From: Octopus sinensis
Taxonomy: Eukaryota
Direction: 5' to 3'
Assembly (NCBI RefSeq): GCF_006345805.1
Contig: NC_043022.1
Coordinates: forward strand, 25,480,737-25,544,736
Length of the DNA stretch: 64,000 bases
The notes under the pieces are model-generated. The model worked only from the letters and a program-made list of their open reading frames with translations, was not told where the DNA came from and ran no database searches. A program made the position numbers and the translations under genes. Below are positions 36,642-49,944 of this stretch, piece by piece; positions within the stretch are counted from its first letter, which is position 1; the number at the start of each line of letters is the position of its first letter.

Positions 36642-37201
36642 CAAGATGCTATTCAGCCATAGATATTTCCAAACATTTATCAATAATATAATAATATAAT
36701 AATTAGATACAATGGTCAGAAAAATCCCGTTGAAAATTGGAAATTCCTTCTACTTATATTATCTTTATATATAAAAGTAAGGTTGTGTGTCTGTCTCCTA
36801 CGATTTAGATTCCTAACTACTCCCACATTTTACAGTGCAGTTTAACCAAAACCGGGTATCTTATAGTCGTAATTCATATCGAGCCCTTCTGGGTATTAGC
36901 GCGCGTCTACGATGAGTCTACGATTTAAAAAAATTTACCATCATTTTTTCCATTTTAATGCATTTTTTCGCTATTATATAAGGGAAGTAACTCTCTAAAA
37001 ATGTCTACGATGAGTCAACGATTTAAAAAAAAATTTACCATAATTTTTTTCCCATTTTTAATGCATTTTTTTGCTATTTTTTTGCTATAACTCTCTAAAA
37101 ATGCTTATATAGTTATTTCCCTTACAAGCCCGAGCAACGCCGGGCGATACTGCTAGTTATTGATAAATGTTTGGAAATATCTATGGCTGAATAGCATCTT
37201 G
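36642..37201. repeat. Perfect 45-bp inverted repeat (36642-36686 / 37157-37201) enclosing a Helitron
   Basis: caagatgctattcagccatagatatttccaaacatttatcaataa and its exact reverse complement. Confidence 0.92.
36762..37156 (+). mobile_element. Non-autonomous Helitron
   Basis: A|TCtttatatataaaag start; subterminal hairpin gcccg-agcaacgc-cgggc (37128-37145); CTAG|T end; no TSD; internal duplication of about 100 bp. Confidence 0.85.
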
Positions 37202-37394
37202 TATAAGTACCAGTTGAGCACTGGGGTCCAACTAATTGACTTTCCTCTCCCCTCAACATTGTTAAAAGTTGTGCCAGAAATTAGAAAGAATTATCATAAT
37301 TAAAATAAAGAAATTATTGAGTGAGAGAGTTGCACACGCCTTCAAAGAGATGCCGGGGTACAGATATACGAAGCCCAATATACCCGTATTGTGT

Positions 37395-37612
37395 TAAAGC
37401 GGTGAGCTGGCAGAATCGTTAGCACTCCCAGCAAGATGCTTAGCGGCATGTCATCCGTCTTTACGTTCACAGTTCAAATTCCACCGGGGTCGACTTTGTA
37501 TTTCATCCTTTCGGGGTCGATAAAATGAGTACCAGTTGAACACTGTGGTCGATGTAATCGACTAGTACCCTGTCCCAAAATTCCGGGCATTGTGCCTTCA
37601 GGAGAAAGGATT
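37395..37612 (+). mobile_element. SINE A2, near full length
   Basis: gcggtgagctggcagaatcgttagcac...catcctttcggggtcgataaaatgagtaccagttgaacac...ccaaaattccgggcattgtgcc. Confidence 0.85.
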
Positions 37613-37631
37613 ACAATGAAAGGGTTCTCAT

Positions 37632-39419
37632 TGTACTAGATAATACGTACTATGTACGTATTATATATGTACGTGTTAAATATGTCGTGTTATATATGTA
37701 CGTATTATATATGTACGTATTATATATGTACGTATTATATATGTACGTATATATGTACGTATTATACATGTACGTATTATACATGTACGTATTATATATG
37801 TACGTATTATATATGTACGTATGACATGTACGTATGATAAATGCACGTATGATATATGCACGTATGATATATGTACGTATGATATATGTACGTATTATAT
37901 ATGTACGTATTATATATGTACGTATTATATATGTACGTATTATATATGTACGTATTATATATGTCCGTATTATATATGTCCGTATTATATATGTACGTAT
38001 TATATATGTACGTATTATATATGTCCGTATTATATATGTTAGTATTATATATGTACGTATTATATATGTACGTATTATATTTGTACGTTTTATATATGTA
38101 CGTATTATATATGTACGTATTATATATATCCGTATTATATATATCCGTATTATATATGTACGTATTATATTTGTACGTTTTATATATGTACGTATTATAT
38201 ATGTACGTATTATATATATCCGTATTATATATGTACGTATTATATATGTACGTATTATATATGTCCGTATTATATATGTACGTATTATATATGCACGTAT
38301 TATATTTGTACGTTTTATATATGTACGTATTATATATGTACGTATTATATATGTACGTATTATATATGTCCGTATTACATATGTACGTATTATATATGTC
38401 CGTATTATATATGTACGTATCATATATGTCCGTATTATATATGTCCGTATTATATATGTACGTATTATATATGTACGTATTATATATGTACGTATTATAT
38501 ATGTACGTATTATATATGTACGTATCATATATGTCCGTAATATATATGTAAGTATCATATATGTCCGTATTATATATGTACGTATTATATATGTACGTAT
38601 TATATATGTCCGTATTATATATGTCCGTATTATATATGTCCGTATTATATATGTACGTATCATATATGTCCGTATTATATATGTACGTACTATATATGTA
38701 CGTATTATATATGTACGTATTATATATGTACGTATTATATATGTACGTGTTATATATGTACTATTATATATGTACGTATTATATATGTACGTATTATATA
38801 TATACGTATTATATTTGTACGTTTTATATATGTACGTATTGTATATGTACGTATTATATATGTACGTATTATATATGTCCGTATTATATATGTACGTATT
38901 ATATATATACGTATTATATTTGTACGTATTGTATATGTACGTATTATATATGTACGTATTATATATGTCCGTATTATATATGTACGTATCATATATGTAC
39001 GTATCATATATGTCCGTATTATATATGTACGTATTATATATGTACGTATTATATATGTCCGTATTATATATGTACGTATTATATATGTACGTATTATATA
39101 TGTCCGTATTATATATGTCTGTATTATATATGTCCGTATTATATATGTACGTATCATATATGTCCGTATTATATATGTCCGTATTATATATGTACGTACC
39201 ATATATGTCCGTATTATATATGTACGTATTATATATGTACGTATTATATATGTACGTATTATTTTTGTACGTATTATATATGTACGTATTATATACGTAC
39301 GTATTATATATGTACGTATTATATATGTACGTATTATATATATACGTATAATATATGTACGTATTATATATGAACGTATTGTTATATGGACGGACGTATA
39401 ATATGTACTAGATGATACG
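37632..39419. repeat. 15-bp minisatellite (ATTATATATGTACGT)n, roughly 115-120 units
   Basis: Direct reading; bracketed by tgtactagataatacg (37632-37647) and tgtactagatgatacg (39404-39419). Confidence 0.97.
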
Positions 39420-39805
39420 AAGTGGTGGTGGGTTAAATGTCTGATCACTGTAATGAATTTAGTCCGGTACATTTTACATATTAACTCTTTAAAATAGCCA
39501 ACTAAAACCCTGCATGTACCCCTCTTTCAACACAAAATAAGGAGAAAATACCCTATGAAAAGATTGAATAAATGAAAAAAATGTGTGTGTGTATGTATGT
39601 ATGTATGTATGTATGTCAAAAATATAAAAGTAACATACGGGTCCTTTTAAGTGGACATCAAAACAGCAAAAGAAGGTCAAACTTTCAGCTTTCTAGCTCA
39701 CCCTTATTTCTGTGTCTGTGAATACACGAGAGTAATGTGCATATACATATATGTATGTGTTAATATGTGTATGTACCAATGTGTATATACATGCGTCTAT
39801 CCCCA

Positions 39806-39855
<50 letters not shown>

Positions 39856-40419
39856 ATATATGTATTTTTGTGAAAGTTTGTTTGGTGTTTTCTCTTACTG
39901 TCTGCATACTCAGTGATATGTTTATTCAATAGATATATAGCAAAAAAAAAAAAGCCTCCCAAAAAACCAAACAAGTATATATTAAAAATATGTTCTAGAA
40001 AATTCTTTAGCTATCAGATTGACTTTGTTGTGATTGCGTTTTTAATCCATTTTTTTTTTTATCGTTTGCGATTCTGGCCCCATTTTTTTTTTATCCCACT
40101 GCTTTCATTTTTTTTTTTTTTTCATGTTTACGAAATCGGAAAGGTCAGTGGCATAATTTTTTGTTGTCCCTCTTTCTTACATTCCAGTTTCACACATATT
40201 CCTCCCTAGTTCGCTCCTTCTTCCACTTCATGCATGTGTGCATATATATATATACATGTCTGTATACACACACACACACACACATACGTGTATGTCTGTA
40301 TTCATATATATATATATATATACATACACACACACGTGTGTCTGTATATACATACATATATATATATATATATATATTTACACACACATGTAGGTCTTTC
40401 TATATATCTCTCTCTCTCT

Positions 40420-40450
<31 letters not shown>

Positions 40451-40723
40451 TACATGCATGTATGGACTATGGTGTCTTTAATAGGAAACACGATAGAATA
40501 ATACATTTTATTTGGGTTCGTTCGTAGCTGAGAAGTTCAGTAGCCAACATCAACATACCGATCTCCAGCTATAGATATATAAATATATAAATAAGTACAT
40601 ATAAATAAAATAAAGGAATAAAATATATATATATATATATAGAATATAAATATAAAACAAAATAAGCATCATGCTTAATAGGGGTTAGATGTTCGTTGAG
40701 CGAGTTGAGAGGTAGAAACGAGG

Positions 40724-40766
40724 TTGTGTGTTGTGAGGTGCCTACACGTGATAGATAGATAGATAC

Positions 40767-40797
<31 letters not shown>

Positions 40798-40933
40798 TTG
40801 GGGTAGAAAGTAAGAGGCAGACAGTCAGACAATGCGAGAGAGAAGGGGGTGAGAGAGAGAGAGAGAGAGGGGAGTGATGGCATTAACGACTTAAGTCTAA
40901 AATAAAAGGAAGTGTGTAACTGGGATTCGTAAG
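40724..40933 (+). repeat. Left arm of a long-range inverted repeat (partner 44136-44342)
   Basis: Includes 57 identical bp (40871-40927 versus 44142-44198). Confidence 0.92.
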
Positions 40934-41139
40934 GAACTTATCTTTACGGCTCACAGCTTTTTCTACATGTTGTAATGATGAGGAAATAAATAACAACAGC
41001 AACGAAAAATGTAAGAACGCCAAGTTTGATCTTACGCGTTCACTCGCCGGTCTCACTCGCAATCTCATACACACTCGGTATTCACTCGTAATCTCATATA
41101 CACGCTAACACATTTACACCGCACTCACATTTACCCCTC

Positions 41140-42115
41140 TCTCTCTCTCTCTCTCTGTATGTCTGTCTCTCGCCCCTCTCTCTCTCCCATTGTCTGTCTG
41201 TCTCTCTCCCTCTGTTTTTCTCTCTGTATGTCTGTCTCTCGCCCCTCTGTTTTTCTCTCCCCTTGTCTGTCTCTCACCCTCTGTTTTTCTCTCTGTATGT
41301 CTGTCTCTCGCCCCTCTCTCTCTCCCCTTGTCTGTCTGTCTGTTTTTCTCTCTGTATGTCTGTCTCTCGCCCCTCTCTCTCTCCCCTTGTCTGTCTGTAT
41401 CTCCCCCTCTGCCTTTCTCTCTGTCTCTCTCGTTCCCTCCCACTCACCAACTGCCTGGCTCTCTTTCTCTCTCCCCTTCCCCTCCGCTGTATGTCTCTCG
41501 CCGTTACTCTCTGTTTGTCTGTGTCTCTTTCTCACTCCTTTTGTCTGTCTCTTTCTTTCTCCCCCTCCCTCTCTATGTCTCTCTCTCTCTGTAACTCTCA
41601 CTCTCTGTTTGTCTGGCTGTCTGTCTGTGTCTCTATCTCTCCTTTTCCCTCTATGTCTCTCTCTGTATCTCTCTCTCCCTCTGTTTGTCTGTGTCTCTAT
41701 CTCTACCTTTCCCTCTATGTCTCTCTCTGTATCTCTCTCTCTCCCTCTGTCTGTCTGTCTCTCCCTTTCCCTCTATGTCTCTCTCTCTCTCCCTCTGTCT
41801 GTCTGTGTCTCTATCTCTCCCTTTCCCTCTATGTCTCTCTCTCTCCCTCTGTCTGTCTGTGTCTCTATCTCTCCCTTTCCCTCTATGTCTCTCTCTGTAT
41901 CTCTCTCTCTCCTTCTGTTTGTCTGTCTGCTTGCCCGTGTTTCTCTTTCTCTCCCCTCCCTTTGTATATCTTCCTGTAACTCCCTCTCCTTGTTTGTCTC
42001 TGTATCTCTCTCCCTCTATCTGTCCGTCTCTTTTTTCTCTCTCGTCTTCTCATATCTCTCTCTTCCTCTATCCGTCTGTCCCGCTCTCCTTCTCTCTCTC
42101 TCTCTCTCTCTCGCA
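41140..42115. repeat. CT-rich compound minisatellite
   Basis: Units such as ctctgtatgtctgtctctcgcccctct and ctctatctctccctttccctctatgtct. Confidence 0.9.
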
Positions 42116-42359
42116 CACACACGCATATCTACCTACACGGACACACACAAGCACACATACACAGGTATGGAAAGTTTTCGTCTTCTCATTTCCTGGTATT
42201 GCTCAGTTTATTGTGGCAAAGCTGGTGCATGGCATGTCAAAGGCTTTTATTCTATCTTAGCAAGCCCCAGTATCTTAGTTCGGTATGGATGCATATAACT
42301 AGGAAGTTTCTCCTAGTCACTCGACGCAGAGGTTTCATCATAATAGAGGCAGATAAATA

Positions 42360-42744
42360 GTGGAAGCACTCCGTCGGTTACGACGATGAGGGTTCCGGTT
42401 GATCCGAATCAACGGAACAGCCTGCTCGTGAAATTAACGTGTAAGTGGCTGAGCACTCCACAGACACGTGCACCCTTAACGTAGTTCTCGGGGATATTCA
42501 GCGTGACACAGAGAGTGACAAGGCCGGCCCTTTGAAATACAGGTACAACAGAAACAGGAAGTAAGAGTGAAAGAAAGTTGTGGTGAAAGAGTACAGCAGG
42601 GATCACCAACATCACTGCCGGAGCATCGTGGAGCTTTAGGTGTTTTCGCTCAATAAACACTCACAACGCCCGGTCTGGGAATCGAAACCGCGATTCTATG
42701 ACCGCGAGTCCGCTGCCCTAACCACTGGGCCATTGCGCCTCCAC
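42360..42744 (-). mobile_element. Full-length, young-looking tRNA-derived SINE C, tail type 3, 13-bp TSD
   Basis: A box tggcccagtgg, B box gtttcgattcc; TSD aggcagataaata at 42347-42359 and 42745-42757. Confidence 0.92.
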
Positions 42745-42974
42745 AGGCAGATAAATAAACACACACACACACACACACTTTAACTCTTTAACATTCACGT
42801 CATTCTATCAAATATACTGCTTATTTATTCTCATTATTTTGAATTAATCAAGTGTTATCTTGTAGCTTTGAAATTTCGATGAGGAGACCGTTAATTTTTA
42901 GAATGATATTGAATGGTTAGTGTTAGAGGCCTGATCTGGCCAGTTTGAACTTAAAAACGAGAACCAACATACCT

Positions 42975-43185
42975 GCCAACTTACCTACCTACCTACTTAC
43001 CTACCTACCTCCCTACCTACCTACCTACTTACCTACCTACCTACCTACCTACCTACCTACCTACCTACCTACCTACCTACATACCTACCTACCTACCTAC
43101 CTACCTGCCTACCTACCTATATTCGTACCTTCCTACATATCTACTTATCTATCCATCTACCTATCTGTCTATCTATCTATCTATC

Positions 43186-43219
<34 letters not shown>

Positions 43220-43226
43220 TTATCTA

Positions 43227-43261
<35 letters not shown>

Positions 43262-43307
43262 GTCTCTATCTATCTTCTCTATCTATTTATCTATCTGTCT
43301 ATCTACA

Positions 43308-43360
<53 letters not shown>

Positions 43361-43406
43361 GTCTCTATCTATCTTCTCTATCTATTTATCTATCTGTCTA
43401 TCTACA

Positions 43407-43475
<69 letters not shown>

Positions 43476-43500
43476 GTTTATCTGTCTGTCTATCTTTTTT
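42975..43500. repeat. (CCTA)n then (TATC)n microsatellites
   Basis: Direct reading. Confidence 0.95.
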
Positions 43501-43770
43501 CTCCCTCTTCCCCTTTTTTCCCCTTTTTTCTTCTTCTTTCATTTCTCTTTTCTTTTGTTCCTTTTCCTTTTCTTTTTTTTTTTTTTATTTTTATTTTTAT
43601 TTTATTTTTATTTTTTGTTCTTTTCTTCCCTTTTACGATCCCTCTTGATCGAAAACCTACGCCACCCCTTTTTTTTGTTTCTTTTGTTTGTTTTTTTCAT
43701 CCCCCAAAAGAAAAGCTCTACCTTGTAACTTGTCCCATCTGTGTGCAGCCCTGTGTGGCCAATAAAGAAA
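43500..43770 (+). mobile_element. 3' UTR-like end of a putative LINE sharing its tail with SINE A
   Basis: tttacgatccctcttgatcgaaa...aaaagctctaccttgtaacttgtcccatctgtgtgcagccctgtgtggccaataaagaaa; second copy at 53760-54106; lies within (TATC)n. Confidence 0.7.
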
Positions 43771-43771
43771 C

Positions 43772-43837
<66 letters not shown>

Positions 43838-44135
43838 GTATATCTATCTGTCTGTCTGTCCGTCTATCTATAACTTAAAACAGTTTGATTAGGTTTCCTT
43901 GCCAGTTCAGGTTTCGTCCCTTTCCTTTGTCCACTCACTCGTATATATATAACGTACAACTTCACATCATGGAATGCAAAAAACAAATCCCTACCCTATT
44001 TGGCATCTTCTTCGCTATCAGGCTGAAACATGCATTCGGAACATCAGCTGATAGTGCTCATCCTCACACTAGATCAAACGTTAAATAGCTCAAACTGCCT
44101 TGACTTTGAGCTAAAACCAACGTACGCGAAGTCCT

Positions 44136-44270
44136 CTTACAAATCCCAGTTACACACTTCCTTTTATTTTAGACTTAAGTCGTTAATGCCATCACTCCTC
44201 TCTCTCGCATCCCACTTCTCTCTCGCATTGTCTGTCTGACTGACCGTCTGTCTCTTACTTTCTACCCTAA

Positions 44271-44315
<45 letters not shown>

Positions 44316-44342
44316 CACGTGTAGGCACCTCACAACACACAA
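44136..44342 (-). repeat. Right arm of the long-range inverted repeat
   Basis: Reverse complement of 40724-40933, differing mainly in microsatellite lengths. Confidence 0.92.
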
Positions 44343-44347
44343 ATGAG

Positions 44348-45050
44348 CATTGCCGATGTATCTTCACTAGCAACCTATTCAGAGGAGTAATTGCAACGTC
44401 TTATGGAGAGTTTGGTAGGTCTCTGGCAAGACTTTCGCTTCTTCATAAATCTGAACCAAGTCAACGCGCGGAACTTCGTTGTTGAGCACTCCTCCCCCAT
44501 TACTGAATTGGAGGTTGTTCACGATTTAACACAATTCGATTTTACCATCATGGACAACCTCTTTCTAGAATCTAAAATAAATAGACGTATTAGAAACACA
44601 GCTCTCGACTAACTAGGTTGGGCGCATAAAAGGCATGTAGTCTACAGAGCTTGCGTCCTTGTCACTCGAATTTATCGCAGTGAGACCCGGAACTTCTACT
44701 CTGGACAAGAGAGGCATCTCAGTGCCTTCTACGTATGCAGCCAGACACAGATTTTAGCATCAAGTGGGTTTCCTATGTCACCAACAATGGGACTGTCTCG
44801 TCCACAGACTCTCAGCCTCCTTATTCTACTGCAACAGTGGTGCTTTTGTTGGCTGGGTAGATTCCCAAAGGCATGCTATAAGATGAAGTGGCCCTGACAA
44901 TCTTTCTTTCGAAGGTGTTTGAAAGAGAGAGGCTCTCTACACGAACGTTTAAAAGTGTGAAGCCATTGTTAATGATCACTCCCGCTGGAGACTGGTACCA
45001 GACATGGGTTTAAAGATACCCGAAGAAAAGTTGAGGCTACTAATTTAGTA
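44348..45050 (+). mobile_element. Old RTE LINE RT/C-terminal fragment
   Basis: IADVSSLATYSEE*LQRLM...LEVVHD...LESKINRRI...VVYRACVL..IYRSET..FYSGQERHLSAF. Confidence 0.75.
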
Positions 45051-45127
45051 AAGCAGAGTTGGTACAGAAACAATCATTAAAGATGTGTATAAGTCTTTCT
45101 TTTGTCTTTTTATTTGGATTATATAGT

Positions 45128-45218
45128 GGAGGCACAACGGCTCAGTGGTTAGGCGGTCGTGGGATTGTGGTTTCGGTTTCCAGACCGGGCGTTGTGAGTG
45201 TTTATTGAGCGAAATTAT
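45128..45218 (+). mobile_element. SINE C head fragment abutting the mariner
   Basis: ggaggcacaacggctcagtggtt...ccagaccgggcgttgtgagtgtttattgagcgaaa. Confidence 0.8.
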
Positions 45219-46221
45219 TAATGGAGCACTTCATTCTAATGTTATTACACAGCAGACAGTGTCAAATTGGTTTGCAAATTTTCGTTCTGGTAAGTTTGAC
45301 CTCACAAATGAGCATCGCGGCAGACCAGAAACGAAGGTGGATTATGACGAACTGAAAGCCACTGTCGAGTCAGATCCATCTCAAAGTGCCCGTGAGTTAT
45401 CGTTGTTGTTTGGTGTTAGCAAGCAAACAATATTGACTTACCTAGTTCAAATCTGTAAAGTGAAAAAGTTGGCTGTGGGTTCCACATGAACTCAATGGAA
45501 ATCAGAAACAGAAACATTTGGAAGCCTGCATTATGCTACTTCTCGTCACAAAAATGAATCATTTTTCAATCGAATTGTAACATGTAATGAGAAATGGATC
45601 TAATACAACAACTGTTAACGTTCAGCACAATGTTTGGACAAAGAGGAACCACCAAAACACAGTCCAAATAGCAAAATTCATCAAAAGAAGCTGATGGTGT
45701 GTGTTTTGGTGGTCTGGTGCAGGTATGATCCATTATGATTTCATTAAACCTGGCTCATCAATCACAACCGAAGTATACTGCAGCCAACTGGACCAAATGA
45801 TGCAGAAACTTACAGAAGAACAGCCTAGATTAGCCAACAGATCCACTCCTATTTTATTGCAAGACAACGCCAGACCACATATCGCAAAAATGACATTGGC
45901 GAAGCTACACGGGTTGGAAGTTCTCCATCGAATCACCTGATCTTGCCCCCGCTGACTACAACTTCTTCCAGAATTTGGATAACTTTTTGACAGGAGAAAA
46001 ATTTAATTCCGACGATGCTGTAAAACAGGCCTTCCAAGATATTATTGACTCTAGATTGCCAGGCTTTTACAATTCCAGGCTGGACAAGCTGCCGCTGAAA
46101 TGGCAAAAGTCTATTGGCAATATGGGTGCATACTTTGATGAATAAAACTATTCCTTGTATTTATAAAACATTAGCAAACTATTTTTTCTTTTCTACAAAT
46201 TTCATACTTGACGACTTAATA
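45219..46221 (+). pseudogene. Mariner (DD34D-type) transposase pseudogene with right TIR
   Basis: TVSNWFANFRSGKFDL...WVPHEL, IVTCNEKWI, LLQDNARPH, SPDLAPADY; frameshifts and stops; right TIR ...aaatttcatacttgacgacttaa|TA (46220-46221); left end missing. Confidence 0.92.
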
Positions 46222-46374
46222 TATGAAATTCTTTTCTGGAACAGTTGATCTCGAAGCATTGGATTCAAGAACCTTTCAGCTTTTTCTTTTGAAAAGAGTT
46301 TTCCAATCCAATGTTTACATGTCATTATTTATAGCTTTGTGTTTCGAGATCCACTCTTCCCAAAAAGAATTATC

Positions 46375-46786
46375 GGATCTTTTCGGTTTGAACGGCAGTT
46401 TTTTTCTAGCGGTGTCATATGAAATTGTCACCCATACTTATGACCCTAGTATCGATCTATTGCATTTCAATCTGTTTTAGGGTTAGGGTTATGGGTGGGG
46501 GAAGGGTATATTTTTTTCTTCACAAATGTAAATAAACCCAATGTTTCTTAAACGAGGAACAAATTCATACGGCACAGAATGTTTTCACCTCAATAGACGT
46601 CATTGATTGGTTGAAATTGCAGAAATTGAAGAAAAAAACAACAAATATCTTCCAAAATATAGAATTTCTCAATAAAGCCAAGAGAAAAAGATGTTTTATA
46701 AACACATTCTACCAGTATAAAAGATTAAAAGTGTTTAGTTACGTGGAAATTATTTTAAAAAACTGCCGTTCAAACCGAAAAGATCC
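46375..46786 (-). mobile_element. Second Merlin-like MITE copy, opposite orientation, 8-bp TSD
   Basis: GGATCTTTTCGGTTTGAACGGCAG TIRs; TSD gaattatc (46367-46374, 46787-46794); ttagggttaggg inside. Confidence 0.88.
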
Positions 46787-46833
46787 GAATTATCTGATGA
46801 TGTCTCGATAGTTTATAAATCTTATGGCGTCAA

Positions 46834-46877
<44 letters not shown>

Positions 46878-46959
46878 ATATATGAATACATCCATGCATT
46901 TATACTTATATATATGCATGCAAACATGTATACATACGTACATATTAGAGCTAATTTAT

Positions 46960-47100
46960 CCCCCTTCAAGTCGAGTGCTCTCTTTGGAGTGTCCCCCGTT
47001 CCACAATGCTGCCAAAGATTGTCAGGACACTTCGATAATTCGAACTCACGACTGAGGAATACAGTCTTCATTTCTTCAAACCTTCACAAAGATCTTGCGG
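46960..47100 (-). mobile_element. Degenerate mariner C-terminal fragment
   Basis: FEEMKTVF...EF..KCPDNLWQH...KGDKL loosely resembles mariner C-termini. Confidence 0.4.
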
Positions 47101-47699
47101 AGAGGTCACGGGCGAATCACCCCCCCTCCCACATACACACCAAATCAACACAGTATATATATATCATAAAATCTACACAACAGAAAACATCAGGACTGGT
47201 TGGAACATGTTTCTCCCATTTACCTTGTTATCTTCATAATTTCAACACATTCGCCCCTCATCACATTTCCACATTGTTTTCTTTTATCCTCTTCCCTTTC
47301 TTTAACTAAGCCCCTGATTTATCGCATCTCATTGTACCCTAACCTTTATCGAATCCTTAATTTTTTTATTATTATTTCTTTCTTTGTTTTCCTCTTTATC
47401 TAAATTCCACTCTTTGCTTTTGTGTGTGTGTTTGGATGAGTAAACATTTATGTATGTGTGTGTGTGTGTGTGTGTGTGTGCATGAGTAATTTTACACGTG
47501 TCTATTTGCGTGTTTTTGTGTGGATATGTATCTATATGAGTGTGTGTTTGATTTTTGTGTGTCTAAATGTTTACGCATATATGCGTGTATATACACTTCT
47601 TTATACGTGTATATTTATACACAATGCATATGTGTTTGGCTATATAAACAGTTACATAGGTATATGTAGATAATAGATATAGATATATACTTATCTAAT

Positions 47700-47731
<32 letters not shown>

Positions 47732-48178
47732 AAATATATAATATATATATATATATATATATAATGTAAATATGTATGTGTTTGTGTATATATAGACGTG
47801 AACGTGTGTTGGTGTACATAATTACAGCCGTGTGTCTACGAATGGGTATAGAATTCTTAATATATGTATATGTGACGTTTTCACAACAAAAGAAATTCAC
47901 TCCCCTTATTTGAAGGAAGTAAAAAAGAAAAGAAAGTAGGACAGGCGGAAGGAAGAAAGACAAGCAGTATAACAGCAAAAGCTTTTAAATACAACAACAC
48001 GAACAACAAAAAACAATATACCAGACATTGCCCCCCCTCCCTGATATACATATTTTTTTTTAGTGAATTTTCGTTTATGTATATATTTACTTTGGTTTTT
48101 CCCTTTTTCTTTTAATCTACCGTATTCGATTATCTGTTTGGAGTTCCTTCCCTTTTCTCTCTGATGCAAACGAAACAG

Positions 48179-48256
48179 AGTGAACGAGACCACGTCTGGA
48201 TGAAATATTTACATATAACTGCCTCGTTTATTTACAGTCCTGAACAGAGGAATGAG
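48179..48256 (+). other. Candidate 78-nt symmetric exon (unverified)
   Basis: Pyrimidine tract upstream of aaacag|, SERDHVWMKYLHITASFIYSPEQRNE, donor GAG|GTACAA. Confidence 0.15.
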
Positions 48257-48589
48257 GTACAATTTCGTTTTCTTTGAATAAAAAAAAAAAAAATAAGGCT
48301 ACGTCAAATAGGCTGTGATTTTTTTTTGTTTTTTTGTTTTTGTTAATATTATTTTTTGGTTTGTATTAGAGAACGCAATTGTCTAAAATTATAAAGCAAT
48401 ATGGGTACCGGATGTGCGAGCGCTCAGGTTTAGAAATATTTCCTCCATTTTTTTTTTCATCTCATTATATTATTTATATTTCGTTAGATTATATACGCTG
48501 TTTTATTTTACTTCACTCTTGCAATGATGTCTATTTGCTTTTCTATCACATGTTTGCATTATATGATATATGTGCACACATATCAATGG

Positions 48590-48643
48590 ACATACACACA
48601 CACACACATACAAATATATCATATTTGTGTATATATATATATA

Positions 48644-48692
<49 letters not shown>

Positions 48693-49272
48693 GCATGCAT
48701 ATATAAATAAATATATAAATAATTAAAAATATATATATATATATATGCATGCATATATAACTAAATATATATATGTATGTATATATATATGCATGCATAT
48801 ATAAATAAATATATAAATAAATAAATATATATATATATATGCATGCATATATATATAAATTAATACATATATATATATATATATAAATGCATACATACAT
48901 ATATAAATATATATATACACAAATATATACATGCATATATTATGTATGTGTATCTTTACATATATACAAATATATATACATATTACTTATATATATACAT
49001 ATACACACACACATATATATATCCACACACAAATATATGTGCATATATATTTGTATGTGTGCACATATATATATATACATATACAAATATATATAAATTT
49101 TCTCTCTATATACTCAGACACACACAATTATTTAACATGTATATAAATTTTATATATATACACACATATACATACGCATAATGTTATATATATATATATA
49201 TATATAATATGCATAATGTTTTAGATATGCATATATATATATATACACACACGCACACATGACGCTTTTATG

Positions 49273-49308
<36 letters not shown>

Positions 49309-49330
49309 ACGTTATATATATATATAATGC
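48590..49330. repeat. TA-rich compound micro/minisatellite (atgcatgcatatataa units)
   Basis: Direct reading. Confidence 0.92.
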
Positions 49331-49944
49331 ATTATTTTATTTGCGCAAATGATTTATTACGTTGTTATATTTTTATTTACAGATTTCGTGAGTTTTGGCT
49401 TTTCGGCAATAATTGCGTAATGTGCTAATCAAGTCACGTTCAAGAAATTCTATCCAATAGAGTTTTACCGAGTTAGGTATGTCTTTGTTTCGTTCTTTTA
49501 TTTAGTTAAAAAAACACTTCTTTTGTACATTATGTCACATAATCTTGATGCATGAATTCATAGATATTTGTATACATGTTTGTGCGTGTGCGAGTATATG
49601 AACGTATTACGTCACATACATAATGCACATTATGTATGTATGAACATATAATATATATATATATATGTATATGTTGTATTTACAATGCAAAGAAAAGACG
49701 TTATCGCCATCGCCACCATAACACCTACCCCCACCACCGTTATCACCATTACAAAAGAAGCCTACCCCACGACCACGACCACCACAACCGATTCCAATAT
49801 CACCATCAACCAATATCCACCCCCACGCAACCTCACCACGTCCATTATCGTTTTTTTTTAATAGACACCCTCATTTATTTATATCTCATTTATTTACATT
49901 TCATTTATTTATATCTCAAAGCGTTTTCCGTGTGTATATGAATA

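Noticed and set aside
37650-39472. Very long ORFs (up to 505 aa) of IRTYI / YVRII / MYVLY repeats
   Set aside because: They are translations of the 15-bp minisatellite, open in several frames on both strands.
42171-42300. Possible exon after the CT minisatellite (acacag|GTATGGAAAG...)
   Set aside because: Two frames are open but no protein is recognised and no convincing donor was found.
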